From IMG/VR virus record IMGVR_UViG_3300034065_000059, positions 1-59,466 of that record: DNA of 59,466 nt; one strand, 5' to 3'. The translations under genes and the position numbers were made by a program. Below, piece by piece: positions 47,201 to 55,297 of this stretch. Positions within the stretch are counted from its first letter, which is position 1, and each line of letters starts with the position of its first letter. Under the pieces are notes generated by a model. It made no database searches. It saw only the letters and a program-made list of their open reading frames with translations, and was not told the DNA's origin. Source of the stretch: a virus (taxonomy: Duplodnaviria > Caudoviricetes).

Positions 47201-48216
47201 CGGCTTCTGGTTCGATAGTTACAGCTCAAGGTAGTGGATACTTTAATTCAGGTCAGCCTGTTACGATTGTCTTTGACGTTCCCATCGCCCAGTGGGCAGG
47301 CTCCGGCACCGTCAACGTCGTGCAGAATGATTGCGAGTATGTCTACAACACCAGCACGGCCGATAGTAACGATACGACGTCATTTGGTTACGGTCCCGCC
47401 GGTGTTGCCATTGGTAGTTACACGTCGACCCGCCAAAAGACGGTGCAGTACTTAACGCCGCGCAGCGCCACCGATGACGTTAAGCTGCAAGTACAAAAAG
47501 GTTCTGGTGCGTATCTTGACCTAGCCGTGTCCACGTATGCGTCTGGCATTATGCCGCTGACCTACCAAAACACGACGACCTATGGCATGGGCTTTAACGA
47601 TGCCTCGTCTACCGCGACGCAGGCGGTCGTGGTGTTTGGCCAATACGGGTACAACAGCGGCAGCACTTACGCGTCGACTGGTACGGCGTGGTCTAGCTTT
47701 ACGGGCTACAACTGGCGCGTAAAGAAATGCGCTGGTGGACAAGCAGTCGGCTTCGGTATCGCTCAGCCAGGTGTTTCATCTGGCCTAATCTCAGCTTCAG
47801 GTGTTCCAGGTAACACGACTGGTAACGCGATTGCGAGCGGGTATGTTGGACAGACACTGACTCAAACATTTGCCAACACGGCGGCGACCTTAAGTAACCA
47901 AGTATTCCAAGTAGGATCTACTTACTCACTGCCCGCTGGCGTTTGGCTAGTTACTGGCTGGGCTTTCATCAATCAAGGAACTTCCACAGGAAACAGCTAT
48001 TTTTTATTAGATGTAAATACATCCGCAACGCTTAGATCTTACGGACCTTTTGAAGGAGCTACGTCTGGGACAGTCAATATATCTGGCCAAACTATGCCTC
48101 TTATCGTTAATAGCTCAACTGCAACAAATATTTATCTTATGGCGCAGTACAATTACTCCACTCTAGGGTCTTCCAATGTACAGAACGGATACATTCAAGC
48201 CGTAAGGATTGACTAA
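44251..48216 (+). CDS. Very large fibre/adhesin-like protein with signal peptide
   Basis: MKKLLALVFLLLLAPSQAGA; LGLGTASP, NDGSGTLTW, LSGEQTIDG..QNGIY fibre motifs; S/T/G/A-rich. Confidence 0.85.
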   Translation: MKKLLALVFLLLLAPSQAGASNVQVYPCFTTTANLLTCLISDYSIVWPANQGASGTSLINDGSGNLVWGSANLTVGSPITGGIDNGVLFADGSGNLDQNADFVFTGSNLGLGTASPGATLDVGGGFRVNSSGNLVKINGVTTSWPSSQGSASTVLQNDGSGTLTWVSPSTAITALTGDVTATGPGSAAATVNSVGGQAAATVATATTTVDAATSSNTPSTLVERNGSGNFSAGTITANLSGNATNVTGVVAVANGGTNSSAALSNNRVIVSSGGSIEEASAITGNSAVASDSNGLPTASSTSATELGYVHGVTSAVQTQLGSKMPLAGGTFTGAVVLSGDATQALNPVSYQQFNTAVFGLANKDSAAVCSCASNITLSGEQTIDGITTSSSPVLVTYQTTTSQNGIYVSGSGAWTRRSDSNSWANIVGTIVPVDAGGTTYGGTVWLSTAAQSGTLGTTAITYTQMAGAGTYTADGSNIILTGNQFSLNSVGGSSPSSVNTATVAANAATSLDTVSTIMKRDSSGNTAISNLTVGTSAIYHGSSTGTTTLEGGTNATGTLILPTPASTDTLVDLADTQTLSNKNLIADSTQLVSVSDSTKALTFNTSSQNTNTKFTIETPTISANTQISFPTMGFLDYFVTEFASQGLSNKSFTQAVVNDYLAMTEIGTPATPSAGTLLLYSKSGDNLYTLNSAGVENQVGSGTGGINYLQAGSSTNSGWHASGSGITVAGTTTNLPRSTTTPTGILFTGVSGSTAFGYFDFTLDPADYNVKEQVQFAQNGLIGSYATNNFQVAVYSCTVAWSSGTCGGTSTRLPLSTDSSAISGLPAMEGTYRTTFDAPGSAAKYIQFQIGLNSSNTNAIVLSDIIVGPGQSVQGAAYQYLGNPGFTVSAAFGTITNPVWNAWRIGDRMHVEGRWGVGTLAASNAQVILPTGYTVNSASLPAYQQIVGTVINPYGGSSQGIDTSYGVIFYNGSDTANLYFGLNTASGSIVTAQGSGYFNSGQPVTIVFDVPIAQWAGSGTVNVVQNDCEYVYNTSTADSNDTTSFGYGPAGVAIGSYTSTRQKTVQYLTPRSATDDVKLQVQKGSGAYLDLAVSTYASGIMPLTYQNTTTYGMGFNDASSTATQAVVVFGQYGYNSGSTYASTGTAWSSFTGYNWRVKKCAGGQAVGFGIAQPGVSSGLISASGVPGNTTGNAIASGYVGQTLTQTFANTAATLSNQVFQVGSTYSLPAGVWLVTGWAFINQGTSTGNSYFLLDVNTSATLRSYGPFEGATSGTVNISGQTMPLIVNSSTATNIYLMAQYNYSTLGSSNVQNGYIQAVRID

Positions 48217-48222
48217 AATAGG

Positions 48223-48254
48223 AAACCCGATGCTATCCATAGCATCGGGTTTTT
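48223..48254. terminator. Bidirectional terminator between convergent genes
   Basis: AAACCCGATGCTAT-CC-ATAGCATCGGGTTTTT. Confidence 0.9.
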
Positions 48255-48267
48255 AATTGCCATAAAA

Positions 48268-49191
48268 TCAAATGGGGACCGTAATGGCGCACGCGGAAAT
48301 GCTGTCGGGATCTACTTCGCCTTCAACAATTTCGCCGACGTTATTTGAAAATGTCAACATCAAGTTGCCGTTGCCTTGCACGGCGCCCCACATGGTAACG
48401 TAAAAAGGGCAAAGGTCATTCCAGGTACCGCCGGCTGCCCTACGCATTATTTCCACCTCGGCAACGCTGTTAGGGTAGCGGCAACCAGCCGGCAATTGAG
48501 CTATTGCCGCTATGCCGTTAAGCAGGCCCAGGTTAGGGCAGGAAACAGCGGCAGCCGTCGCGGTGGCTGTAGCCGTGGCGGTTTGCGTCGCCGTCGCGGT
48601 TTCCGTTGCCGTCACCACCGGCGTGCTAGTGGTCGTGCTGGTGTTTTCATTAGTCACCGTGACCGTAATGTTGACCGCCGGCACCGTGCTGGTGGCGGTT
48701 AGCGTCGCCGTCGGCGTGCTGGTGCCAATGGTGACAGCCGACGCGCTAGCTATGTAAATGGCATAAAGGGGCGTCATCTTGTCTTCGCTCGCTGATTGGC
48801 CGTTAGTCAGGTCCACCATATAGGCATTGGTCATGCCGTCTTGGTCGACGGTCCACACCGCTGGGTTGCCGATGGGCGCGCCGAGGGTGGCCACTTCGCC
48901 ACTGTCAATAATGGTGAGCACATTGGCGCGGCTAGCGAGGGCGTAGCCCACTGGGGCGCCGTTCATCGCCTCTTGCCAAGTATGAAGCTCGGACGAAAAG
49001 AGAGGTTTAGCGCTCGTGACCGGCGCAGGCGCGGCGGGCACGGGAGCAGTTGTAGCCGCCGGTGCGCTAGCCACGGAAGTCGCCACACCCGTAGCCGTCG
49101 CGGTAGCATTTAAGTCTTTCGCGGCATTCTCGGCGGTGCCGCAATCGGTGAAGGTCAAGGCGATCAGGGTCAAGGCGATTAGGGTTTTCAT
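48268..49191 (-). CDS. Putative lipoprotein with C-type-lectin-like (DUF1566-like) domain(s) and Thr/Ala linkers
   Basis: MKTLIALTLIALTFTD-C; TWQEA..GYALAS..VWT..AYMVDL..G. Confidence 0.65.
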   Translation of the reverse strand: MKTLIALTLIALTFTDCGTAENAAKDLNATATATGVATSVASAPAATTAPVPAAPAPVTSAKPLFSSELHTWQEAMNGAPVGYALASRANVLTIIDSGEVATLGAPIGNPAVWTVDQDGMTNAYMVDLTNGQSASEDKMTPLYAIYIASASAVTIGTSTPTATLTATSTVPAVNITVTVTNENTSTTTSTPVVTATETATATQTATATATATAAAVSCPNLGLLNGIAAIAQLPAGCRYPNSVAEVEIMRRAAGGTWNDLCPFYVTMWGAVQGNGNLMLTFSNNVGEIVEGEVDPDSISACAITVPI

Positions 49192-49220
49192 AGTGGTCAC
49201 TCCCAAATTGTATACTTAAT

Positions 49221-49248
49221 ACATCGGAATAAAAGTAGAACAACTTTA
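49221..49248 (-). promoter_or_regulatory. Degenerate sigma-28-like promoter
   Basis: TAAAGTTG-N12-TCCGATGT, ~30 nt upstream of the lipoprotein start. Confidence 0.5.
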
Positions 49249-49262
49249 GCACAAAAGTAGCG

Positions 49263-49466
49263 CTATGATTTCTTTGGCGCTTTTGGCCTAATAATTTGAC
49301 TGTCTAAATATTTGACAATTAAAGCTTCCAAAAAGGCGTGTACCGAAACGTCTTCACGGTCGCATACGGCTTTGAGCGCGGCTTTCACGGCTGGCGTCAC
49401 GCGCGTGCCGATAAAGACCTTTTCCACGGTGCCCTTTTTGCGAAGGGATTTCAGGTCAAGGTTCAT
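49263..49466 (-). CDS. Ribbon-helix-helix regulator
   Basis: VFIGTRVTPAVKAALKAVCDREDVSVHAFLEALIVKYL. Confidence 0.75.
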   Translation of the reverse strand: MNLDLKSLRKKGTVEKVFIGTRVTPAVKAALKAVCDREDVSVHAFLEALIVKYLDSQIIRPKAPKKS

Positions 49467-49654
49467 AGGGAATGGCCCCCTTTTTTGACAAAATGCGTGG
49501 AGTGGCAAGAGCAATTAAACCACAAATGTCCGTCACGGCAGACCTTACCTTCGGTGATGTAAATATGCTGGGCGTCGCACTTGGTGCATACTCGCACATC
49601 ATAAAGCAGGCCCGGATGGGCCGGGCGGCTTGGTGCCGCCGGGTGAATGGTCAT
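49463..49654 (-). CDS. Small Cys-rich hypothetical protein
   Basis: CTKC..WFNCSCHST. Confidence 0.6.
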   Translation of the reverse strand: MTIHPAAPSRPAHPGLLYDVRVCTKCDAQHIYITEGKVCRDGHLWFNCSCHSTHFVKKGGHSL

Positions 49655-49843
49655 TTAGCGCCCTTCCAAAAGGTCTTCGATGGTTTTGACGGCTATTTGC
49701 ACTTTGGTGTCAGCGGAGTAATCAACCCGGTCCAAATCTTTCAAAAGAGCTTCAAGTGTATGCTGAAGTCCAGCCAATGCGTCTACCGCTTCCAAGTTTA
49801 CTAGGGCTATTTTAAGCCGCTTCAAGTCATTCATGCTATTCAC
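49655..49843 (-). CDS. Hypothetical protein
   Basis: First ORF after the sigma-28 consensus; GGAG SD before the ATG at 49834. Confidence 0.6.
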   Translation of the reverse strand: MNSMNDLKRLKIALVNLEAVDALAGLQHTLEALLKDLDRVDYSADTKVQIAVKTIEDLLEGR

Positions 49844-49868
49844 TCCGTTTGCTTGATTAACATAGCTC

Positions 49869-49895
49869 TTATCGGCATCCCTAGAATAAACTTTA
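49869..49895 (-). promoter_or_regulatory. Sigma-28 (FliA) promoter, perfect consensus
   Basis: TAAAGTTT-N11-GCCGATAA. Confidence 0.85.
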
Positions 49896-49980
49896 GCACA
49901 AACTTAGAACGCCAATAAAGTCAAGGGAATAAAACTGCCAACATCTTTCCCACAGGCTATCCACAGCCGCCCCACGCCTC

Positions 49981-50009
49981 TTGACCCAGCCCCCTAAGCG
50001 GCTTATTCT
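49981..50009 (+). promoter_or_regulatory. Sigma-70-like promoter with no downstream plus-strand gene
   Basis: TTGACC-N17-TATTCT. Confidence 0.45.
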
Positions 50010-50185
50010 GGGCTCAATCTAGGCAAAACAGGGGTGGGGCGTGGGGCGGCTAAAAAGGCCACGCCCGCTGACGAAGCCAGCGGGCGCGGGTAAATGGATG
50101 GTTGGTACCTCCATTCTCTCATACTCGTCTCAAGCTTAGCAAAAAAGTGCCGACAACAGGCTAGTCCACGCTTTTTGGGACACTC

Positions 50186-50485
50186 CTAAACTTGCGGCTC
50201 GCCGGCTGATTGTCGGCGGCCTATTTTCTCGGCTAGAATCATGGTCTGCCGCACCTTCGCCGCCTGCATCCGCCTCATTGCTTCGTGCCCAAGCTCTCGC
50301 CTTAAACACCCGCACGACCTGACCTTGCCGCTGGTAAGCTCGGCCGTCGGAGCTTTATGGGGCTGCCCGCATGCACAACGCGCCAGCCATTCAACCTGGC
50401 CGGTGCGCAGGTTGCGGGCTTTCGCCACCACTTTTAACCGGCCAAATGTCTCACCCGTTAGGTCAACGTGTTTACCCTTCGTCAT
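50186..50485 (-). CDS. N-terminal domain only of an HNH/AP2-type endonuclease family
   Basis: DLTGETFGRLKVV..WLARCACG..LTSGKVRSCGC; no catalytic domain follows. Confidence 0.7.
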   Translation of the reverse strand: MTKGKHVDLTGETFGRLKVVAKARNLRTGQVEWLARCACGQPHKAPTAELTSGKVRSCGCLRRELGHEAMRRMQAAKVRQTMILAEKIGRRQSAGEPQV

Positions 50486-50756
50486 CGTCTTCGCTGTCCC
50501 GTATGAATTTGGCCATACATTTTGAGCAAACCAGCCCATGCCGGTTATTCCGAAACTTTTCCATAAACGCGCCGAAGCGAAATGCCGAGTAGAGCAAGAG
50601 CGCGGCGCACACGACGCTAAAGAAAATCACGGGTGACAAAACCCCACGTGAAAGAGCGACATGAAGACCGAAGCCAAAATCAGCCCAATGCCTAAACAAA
50701 AGCCCGTGCCCACCGATATTAAAAAATTCATTTATAGCCCTTTCCCGAGACAACAT
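50472..50756 (-). CDS. Hypothetical membrane protein
   Basis: Hydrophobic segment VLSPVIFFSVVCAALLLYSAF. Confidence 0.5.
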   Translation of the reverse strand: MLSRERAINEFFNIGGHGLLFRHWADFGFGLHVALSRGVLSPVIFFSVVCAALLLYSAFRFGAFMEKFRNNRHGLVCSKCMAKFIRDSEDDDEG

Positions 50757-51184
50757 TTTTTATATTCTGCAACCCAATCCTCAGAAATTAAACGTTGTGC
50801 CTCTTTGAGCGTGATTTTTCCATGGCAAACCCTTCGATGCAAATCGTCTTCAACTTCGTCTTTTTGCCGTGCGGTAAATTCAACGCCCGCATACGGCTGT
50901 GGCCACAAGTTAGCCAAGCTGTTAGTACCGCCCAATTCCAAACTAGTTTTGTGATCTACCTCATATTTGGCATGGTCTTTCCAGTCAATACCGTAGCGGG
51001 CAAAAACCTTTTTGTGCTCCGACTCAGGCACCGCGCGGACGGTGGCGCTATAGCCGGGCTTGCACACCATTTCGGCGGTGACTTTTGGGTCCACTTCACC
51101 CGGCGTTAATTTGTAATCCGGGTAAAGCCCTTTGACAAATTGGTGAGTAACAATTTGCTGCAACAAAATTAATGTATAAAGCAT
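50732..51184 (-). CDS. HNH-fold protein
   Basis: YEVDHKTSLELGGTNSLANLWPQ..KDEVE..VC..EAQ. Confidence 0.75.
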   Translation of the reverse strand: MLYTLILLQQIVTHQFVKGLYPDYKLTPGEVDPKVTAEMVCKPGYSATVRAVPESEHKKVFARYGIDWKDHAKYEVDHKTSLELGGTNSLANLWPQPYAGVEFTARQKDEVEDDLHRRVCHGKITLKEAQRLISEDWVAEYKKCCLGKGL

Positions 51185-51567
51185 CAGGTCACCACCTTGG
51201 GGGCGGCCGTGGCCTCTTGCGCCGCTTTATATTCCGCCTGTTTTTGCCGGACATAGGCGAATTTATCCCGGATCATTTGGCAGGTAAGCCCTTCCATTTT
51301 TTCGTCAACCGACAAAAACGCGGAAAAGACGCTAGCCACTACCCCCACCAAGGATTGAGCAAAAATGTCGACGGCGATATTGCGCTCTTCAATCTGTTCT
51401 GGCGTCGGCCCGGTGCTAGCTAACGTCGGATGCGGGGCTTTTTCCATGACCAGCCGCACCCCGTACTTGAAATTTTCTTGCATGGCCTTAGCCATGTTAA
51501 AGGCTTCCGTTTCTATTTCCTTTTCCCATTTTTGCCGGTAGGTCGGCAGCACTGAAATGTCGCTCAT
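51184..51567 (-). CDS. Hypothetical protein
   Basis: Overlap-coupled ORF. Confidence 0.65.
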   Translation of the reverse strand: MSDISVLPTYRQKWEKEIETEAFNMAKAMQENFKYGVRLVMEKAPHPTLASTGPTPEQIEERNIAVDIFAQSLVGVVASVFSAFLSVDEKMEGLTCQMIRDKFAYVRQKQAEYKAAQEATAAPKVVT

Positions 51568-51785
51568 ACAGACACCCCTTTGACGGCAGTTTCAACTGGC
51601 GAGTTAACGGCATCCATTCTGATGGACTTTTCATACCATCTAATGGCCATGCCAAAACCGTGAGCGCACGCATTGGCGGCCAGCCAGCGCTCAGTTTGAG
51701 GGGCGTCTTTGTACTGGTCTTGCACGTAAAAGGTGCCGGCTCGCATGGCCTCGCGTTGCAATTCCTCTTCGGTCATAGGCTCCAT
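51564..51785 (-). CDS. Hypothetical protein
   Basis: GGAGG SD before the ATG at 51785. Confidence 0.6.
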   Translation of the reverse strand: MEPMTEEELQREAMRAGTFYVQDQYKDAPQTERWLAANACAHGFGMAIRWYEKSIRMDAVNSPVETAVKGVSV

Positions 51786-51881
51786 TGGCTTCCTCCAATA
51801 ATTTAGTGTTGCAGGTGTTGCACACGCCAAGCGTACCTCTTGGCATGATTTCATAGCAAAGTTGACAGAGGTATTTAGGTT

Positions 51882-53924
51882 TCACTTACGGTACCTATCG
51901 CTAACGAAGCCTTCAACATTTATAGGTATGTCTCTTCCCCATGGGGGCGGCTCAGCCATAATGCGGCAAAATTCGTCAAGATTGCCTTCATCAATGGTGC
52001 GCTCGCCAACCAATTCGTCGTGGACAGACATACAGATTTTATAGCCGGCGGCTTCAAGCTTAAGCATGGCTGTCGTCATAATATCCCGCGAAGTACCCGA
52101 GCAAACATTTTCGCACGCGGCGCCCCCGAAAGTTGCCGTACGCTCCCACTGTCGTGTCACGCCGTTGACGCACCAATAATAAACACGCGGCTTTTTCTCC
52201 TCGCCGCCCCAGTGCGGAGTTTCCATTTTCACCTCGGGGTAGGCATAAGCCAAACGCCGACCGCTAGGAAGCTCGCACCATAAAAACTTATCCTGCATAA
52301 ACCATTTGGTGTGGTTAATGGTATAGGCTTTGCCGGGGTTTTGGATTGCCGCTACCATCGCTTTTTCGAGGTTGGACCACATGAGCACAACCGGCCGGTG
52401 TTTGGTGCGGTAAGCTTTGATGACAGCCTTGGCGAAGTCTTCAGAGATGCTAACGCCAAAGCCGAGCATTTGCTTTTGAAACTTAGCATGTGACAGTTGG
52501 TACTGGGCACCTAAAACTGCCGACTTACCTATGAAGCGCTTGTCTTTGGTGATGCTTGCTTTGGGCTGCCCGTAAATATCCTGAGCCAAATCAACATACA
52601 AATCATCGCCGTTGCGAAGCGCGGCTAACCCTTTGGTGTGGTCAGCCATCCAAAAACAAACCCGCAATTCGATAGCGGCATAGTCCGCCGCAAAAAGCTC
52701 TGTGCCTGGTCCGGCGACAATTACTGAACGAAGCAAATCTGAAAAGACATTCATAGGATTGCCGTAGCACACGCGCAACCAATCAAGTGCTTGCTCTTCA
52801 GGCTCGTCTTTCACCACACTTAAAGCGTATTCGATAAGCTCTTGCTTGAGCGCCGGCCTTGGTAAGTTTTGGACTTGCGCCCCTGAGCCGCTAAAGCGCC
52901 CGGTACTGGTGCCATGATAAATCAGATTGTCACGCATTCGGCCATCAAAACGTGAGCGCGCTTCAAAGGCGGCATACTTTGCGGTGCTTGATTTGCTTGT
53001 GGCTTGCCGGATTTCCAACAGTCGCCGGGCAGCGGGTGAGCCCAGACCAGCGGCAAGCGCGTCTTTAACGGTCTTCGCGGTTAAATCTGGGATATGCAGC
53101 TTTTCGCCGGACAGCCAGGCTAACGTTTTTTCAACTTGCCGTGTACTCGTGATTTCGCCGCCAGTCACCGTCTTGGTTTCAGCGGCTAAAAATTCAGCTT
53201 CCATAGCAATCATTTTAAGCGAACGTGTCACCAATTCGCGGTCAATCTGCACACCGCGCTGATTAATGACCGCGTCTAGTTTCCAAATCTCTCGCTCTTG
53301 CGGGATAAGCGGGCGCGCTTTGAGAAAAAGCTCAACCTCGGTGTCCACGTCGCGCACGCAATAGTCGATAAGGGCTTTTAGGTCTTCGGGTGACTCGTGC
53401 CACTGGCTGGTCATATCGCCCATAGTCATGCGCCGGGGCTTGCACATTTTCAAAAGCAGCTTGCGCCCTTCCATACTCTTTTGTACGGGAAGCCCTAGTG
53501 CCGCGCCGGCACCTTCCAAAGAGCGTGGCAGCGCCATAGCGGCGGCAAGGCTAGCCGTGCAAAGCCAGCGCTCAGGCGGCTCAACCGCAGCGGCAAGCGC
53601 TCGGTGGTCTTGGAGCAACCGGCCGGCTAAAACATATTTAGTAACGGCATACTCAAATTGGACATTGTGGCACACGAGAATAATAGCGGGGTTGAATAGT
53701 GCATTAATAAAATTCTGATAGGCGTTAGTGAATTGCCAATCGGGCAGTAGTGGTGACCAGCTTTGCGTTTTATTGAGTGTAAAATTTTTACGTGTGCCAA
53801 TGCGAAAAGCGCAACATAAGATTTCCGTTGAAGGGTGACGCGCATATTCGGTTTGCCCAAGCTGTTTTAGATCAGCCGTGGATCTTGTTTCCCAATCGTA
53901 TACACAAAAAACTTGCTCAATCAT
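51882..53924 (-). CDS. Family A DNA polymerase
   Basis: Exo motifs DWET and HNVQFE; TGRFSG..QNLP; motif A ADYAAIELR; motif B RFIGKSAVLGAQY; motif C VHDE. Confidence 0.95.
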   Translation of the reverse strand: MIEQVFCVYDWETRSTADLKQLGQTEYARHPSTEILCCAFRIGTRKNFTLNKTQSWSPLLPDWQFTNAYQNFINALFNPAIILVCHNVQFEYAVTKYVLAGRLLQDHRALAAAVEPPERWLCTASLAAAMALPRSLEGAGAALGLPVQKSMEGRKLLLKMCKPRRMTMGDMTSQWHESPEDLKALIDYCVRDVDTEVELFLKARPLIPQEREIWKLDAVINQRGVQIDRELVTRSLKMIAMEAEFLAAETKTVTGGEITSTRQVEKTLAWLSGEKLHIPDLTAKTVKDALAAGLGSPAARRLLEIRQATSKSSTAKYAAFEARSRFDGRMRDNLIYHGTSTGRFSGSGAQVQNLPRPALKQELIEYALSVVKDEPEEQALDWLRVCYGNPMNVFSDLLRSVIVAGPGTELFAADYAAIELRVCFWMADHTKGLAALRNGDDLYVDLAQDIYGQPKASITKDKRFIGKSAVLGAQYQLSHAKFQKQMLGFGVSISEDFAKAVIKAYRTKHRPVVLMWSNLEKAMVAAIQNPGKAYTINHTKWFMQDKFLWCELPSGRRLAYAYPEVKMETPHWGGEEKKPRVYYWCVNGVTRQWERTATFGGAACENVCSGTSRDIMTTAMLKLEAAGYKICMSVHDELVGERTIDEGNLDEFCRIMAEPPPWGRDIPINVEGFVSDRYRK

Positions 53925-54073
53925 GGACCGGTCACCCGATGCACCAGGCATTCAAGCACAGGTTTTTTCGGGTGGTCTTTATGGCACACCAAAATCTGTC
54001 CAAAGCCGATGACGGCCAAGGGCACCAAGATAAAAAGTGCCAAGAGCTTGACCAGCCACCAAATCTCAAACAT
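53921..54073 (-). CDS. Small membrane protein
   Basis: GGAGG SD; single hydrophobic helix. Confidence 0.55.
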   Translation of the reverse strand: MFEIWWLVKLLALFILVPLAVIGFGQILVCHKDHPKKPVLECLVHRVTGP

Positions 54074-54113
54074 GGTGCGCCCTCCCCGTAATTTCATTGC
54101 GATGATGGTGACT

Positions 54114-55106
54114 TTAGGGCGTGGCATTTAGGTGGTCCCAAGCATATTGCGCTAGGTTATATACCCAACCAAGCACCGACGCGTCGCGGAAGCCAATACG
54201 TGTTAAACCTGAATAGCCTTTTTCCGCTTCGTCGATGGTCTGGGAAATTTTGCACCAGTAGACTGTAGCTTTGTGGTGACCGCGCTTGCTTTCGCACCAG
54301 GCGGCGAGCGCGGCAGCTTCGGCAAAGCCGGGATGGGCTAACAAGGTATAGACGCAATAGCCCAAGGCTGAGCGATATTGGCCCTCAAGCGCCTCAATTT
54401 TGGCAACACAATAAAGCGACCAAGCTTTCTCTTCGTCCCAATTGGATTTCTGGGCACAAAGACTATAGGTTTCACTTGCCATCTTGGTGTCCCCGAGGTT
54501 GCGGTAGGTTTCCGCGAGATAAAACCACCACCGGCTATCGTCCTTATGCTCCATACAATATTTTTCGAGCACGTCACGGTCGCGCTGGAATTTTCTAAGC
54601 AGTTGCTCGGGCGTTTTCGGAAGCTCGCGCACGCGCATGTGGGGATTAGTGATAATCCGGGCGCCTTTGCCGGCTAAAAAGCATTCGTGCGTGGGGCCAA
54701 CCCACCCGGCGCCGGGTTTCAGCGGTAGCCTTATCCACCGTTCTTTGGCGTAGGTCCGGGCTTCGTCATAGCAAAGCTCAACGTCAGCATAAGAAATATT
54801 TGGCTTGCTAAGGCGGTCATTAGGCCCGGCAGGTACTAACCGCTCGTCAGCGTCTATAGTGAGAGCCCATTCCGCGCCTATGCTGGCAGCCACGCCTAAC
54901 GCGAAATTGCGGGCGTCGGAAAAACTGCCAGTCCAAGTATAGTAGCAAATATACGTGTCTCGGGGCACGTCTAAGAACGGTACTTTAACCGGCGAGGGCC
55001 TTGTATCAATAACTATGCACCGGTCCACTACTGGTGCCACGCTTGCTAGTGCATCGCCAATAATGCCTTCACTGCCGGGGCCGGCAAGCGTCGTACTAAC
55101 AATCAC
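54114..55106 (-). CDS. GT2 glycosyltransferase with TPR repeats
   Basis: WTGSFSDARNFAL..WALTIDADE, WVGPTHE, RWWFYLAETY. Confidence 0.88.
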   Translation of the reverse strand: MIVSTTLAGPGSEGIIGDALASVAPVVDRCIVIDTRPSPVKVPFLDVPRDTYICYYTWTGSFSDARNFALGVAASIGAEWALTIDADERLVPAGPNDRLSKPNISYADVELCYDEARTYAKERWIRLPLKPGAGWVGPTHECFLAGKGARIITNPHMRVRELPKTPEQLLRKFQRDRDVLEKYCMEHKDDSRWWFYLAETYRNLGDTKMASETYSLCAQKSNWDEEKAWSLYCVAKIEALEGQYRSALGYCVYTLLAHPGFAEAAALAAWCESKRGHHKATVYWCKISQTIDEAEKGYSGLTRIGFRDASVLGWVYNLAQYAWDHLNATP

Positions 55107-55297
55107 TGGTTGCCTTTCAATTCGTCGTACATAGATTTCAGCACGTCATACTGACGAAGGGAAAGCTTGCCCTTTTTTGACCAATAATTTTGTAATGACC
55201 GGGCAAACATGAGCGTGCCGCCACCGGCGCCGCGACGATGGCCGCGCTTATCTTGGCCATGCTGAATAGGAAGGGGTTGTTCATACCAATCGGTCAA
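55103..55297 (-). CDS. Hypothetical protein
   Basis: Overlap-coupled ORF; AGGAG SD. Confidence 0.5.
   Translation of the reverse strand: MTDWYEQPLPIQHGQDKRGHRRGAGGGTLMFARSLQNYWSKKGKLSLRQYDVLKSMYDELKGNQ

Noticed and set aside
48268-49191. Diversity-generating retroelement target (lectin fold)
   Set aside because: No reverse transcriptase and no template repeat seen in the window
49946-49963. DnaA-box-like TTTCCCACA / CTATCCACA
   Set aside because: Only two degenerate copies, and the phage has its own replication genes
50068-50100. Hammerhead ribozyme core CTGACGA
   Set aside because: No following stem II and GAAA element
50172-50189. IS5-like end TTTTTGGGACACTCCTA
   Set aside because: Short match, 6 kb from the transposase remnant, in the same orientation as the other end-like motif, and no target duplication identified
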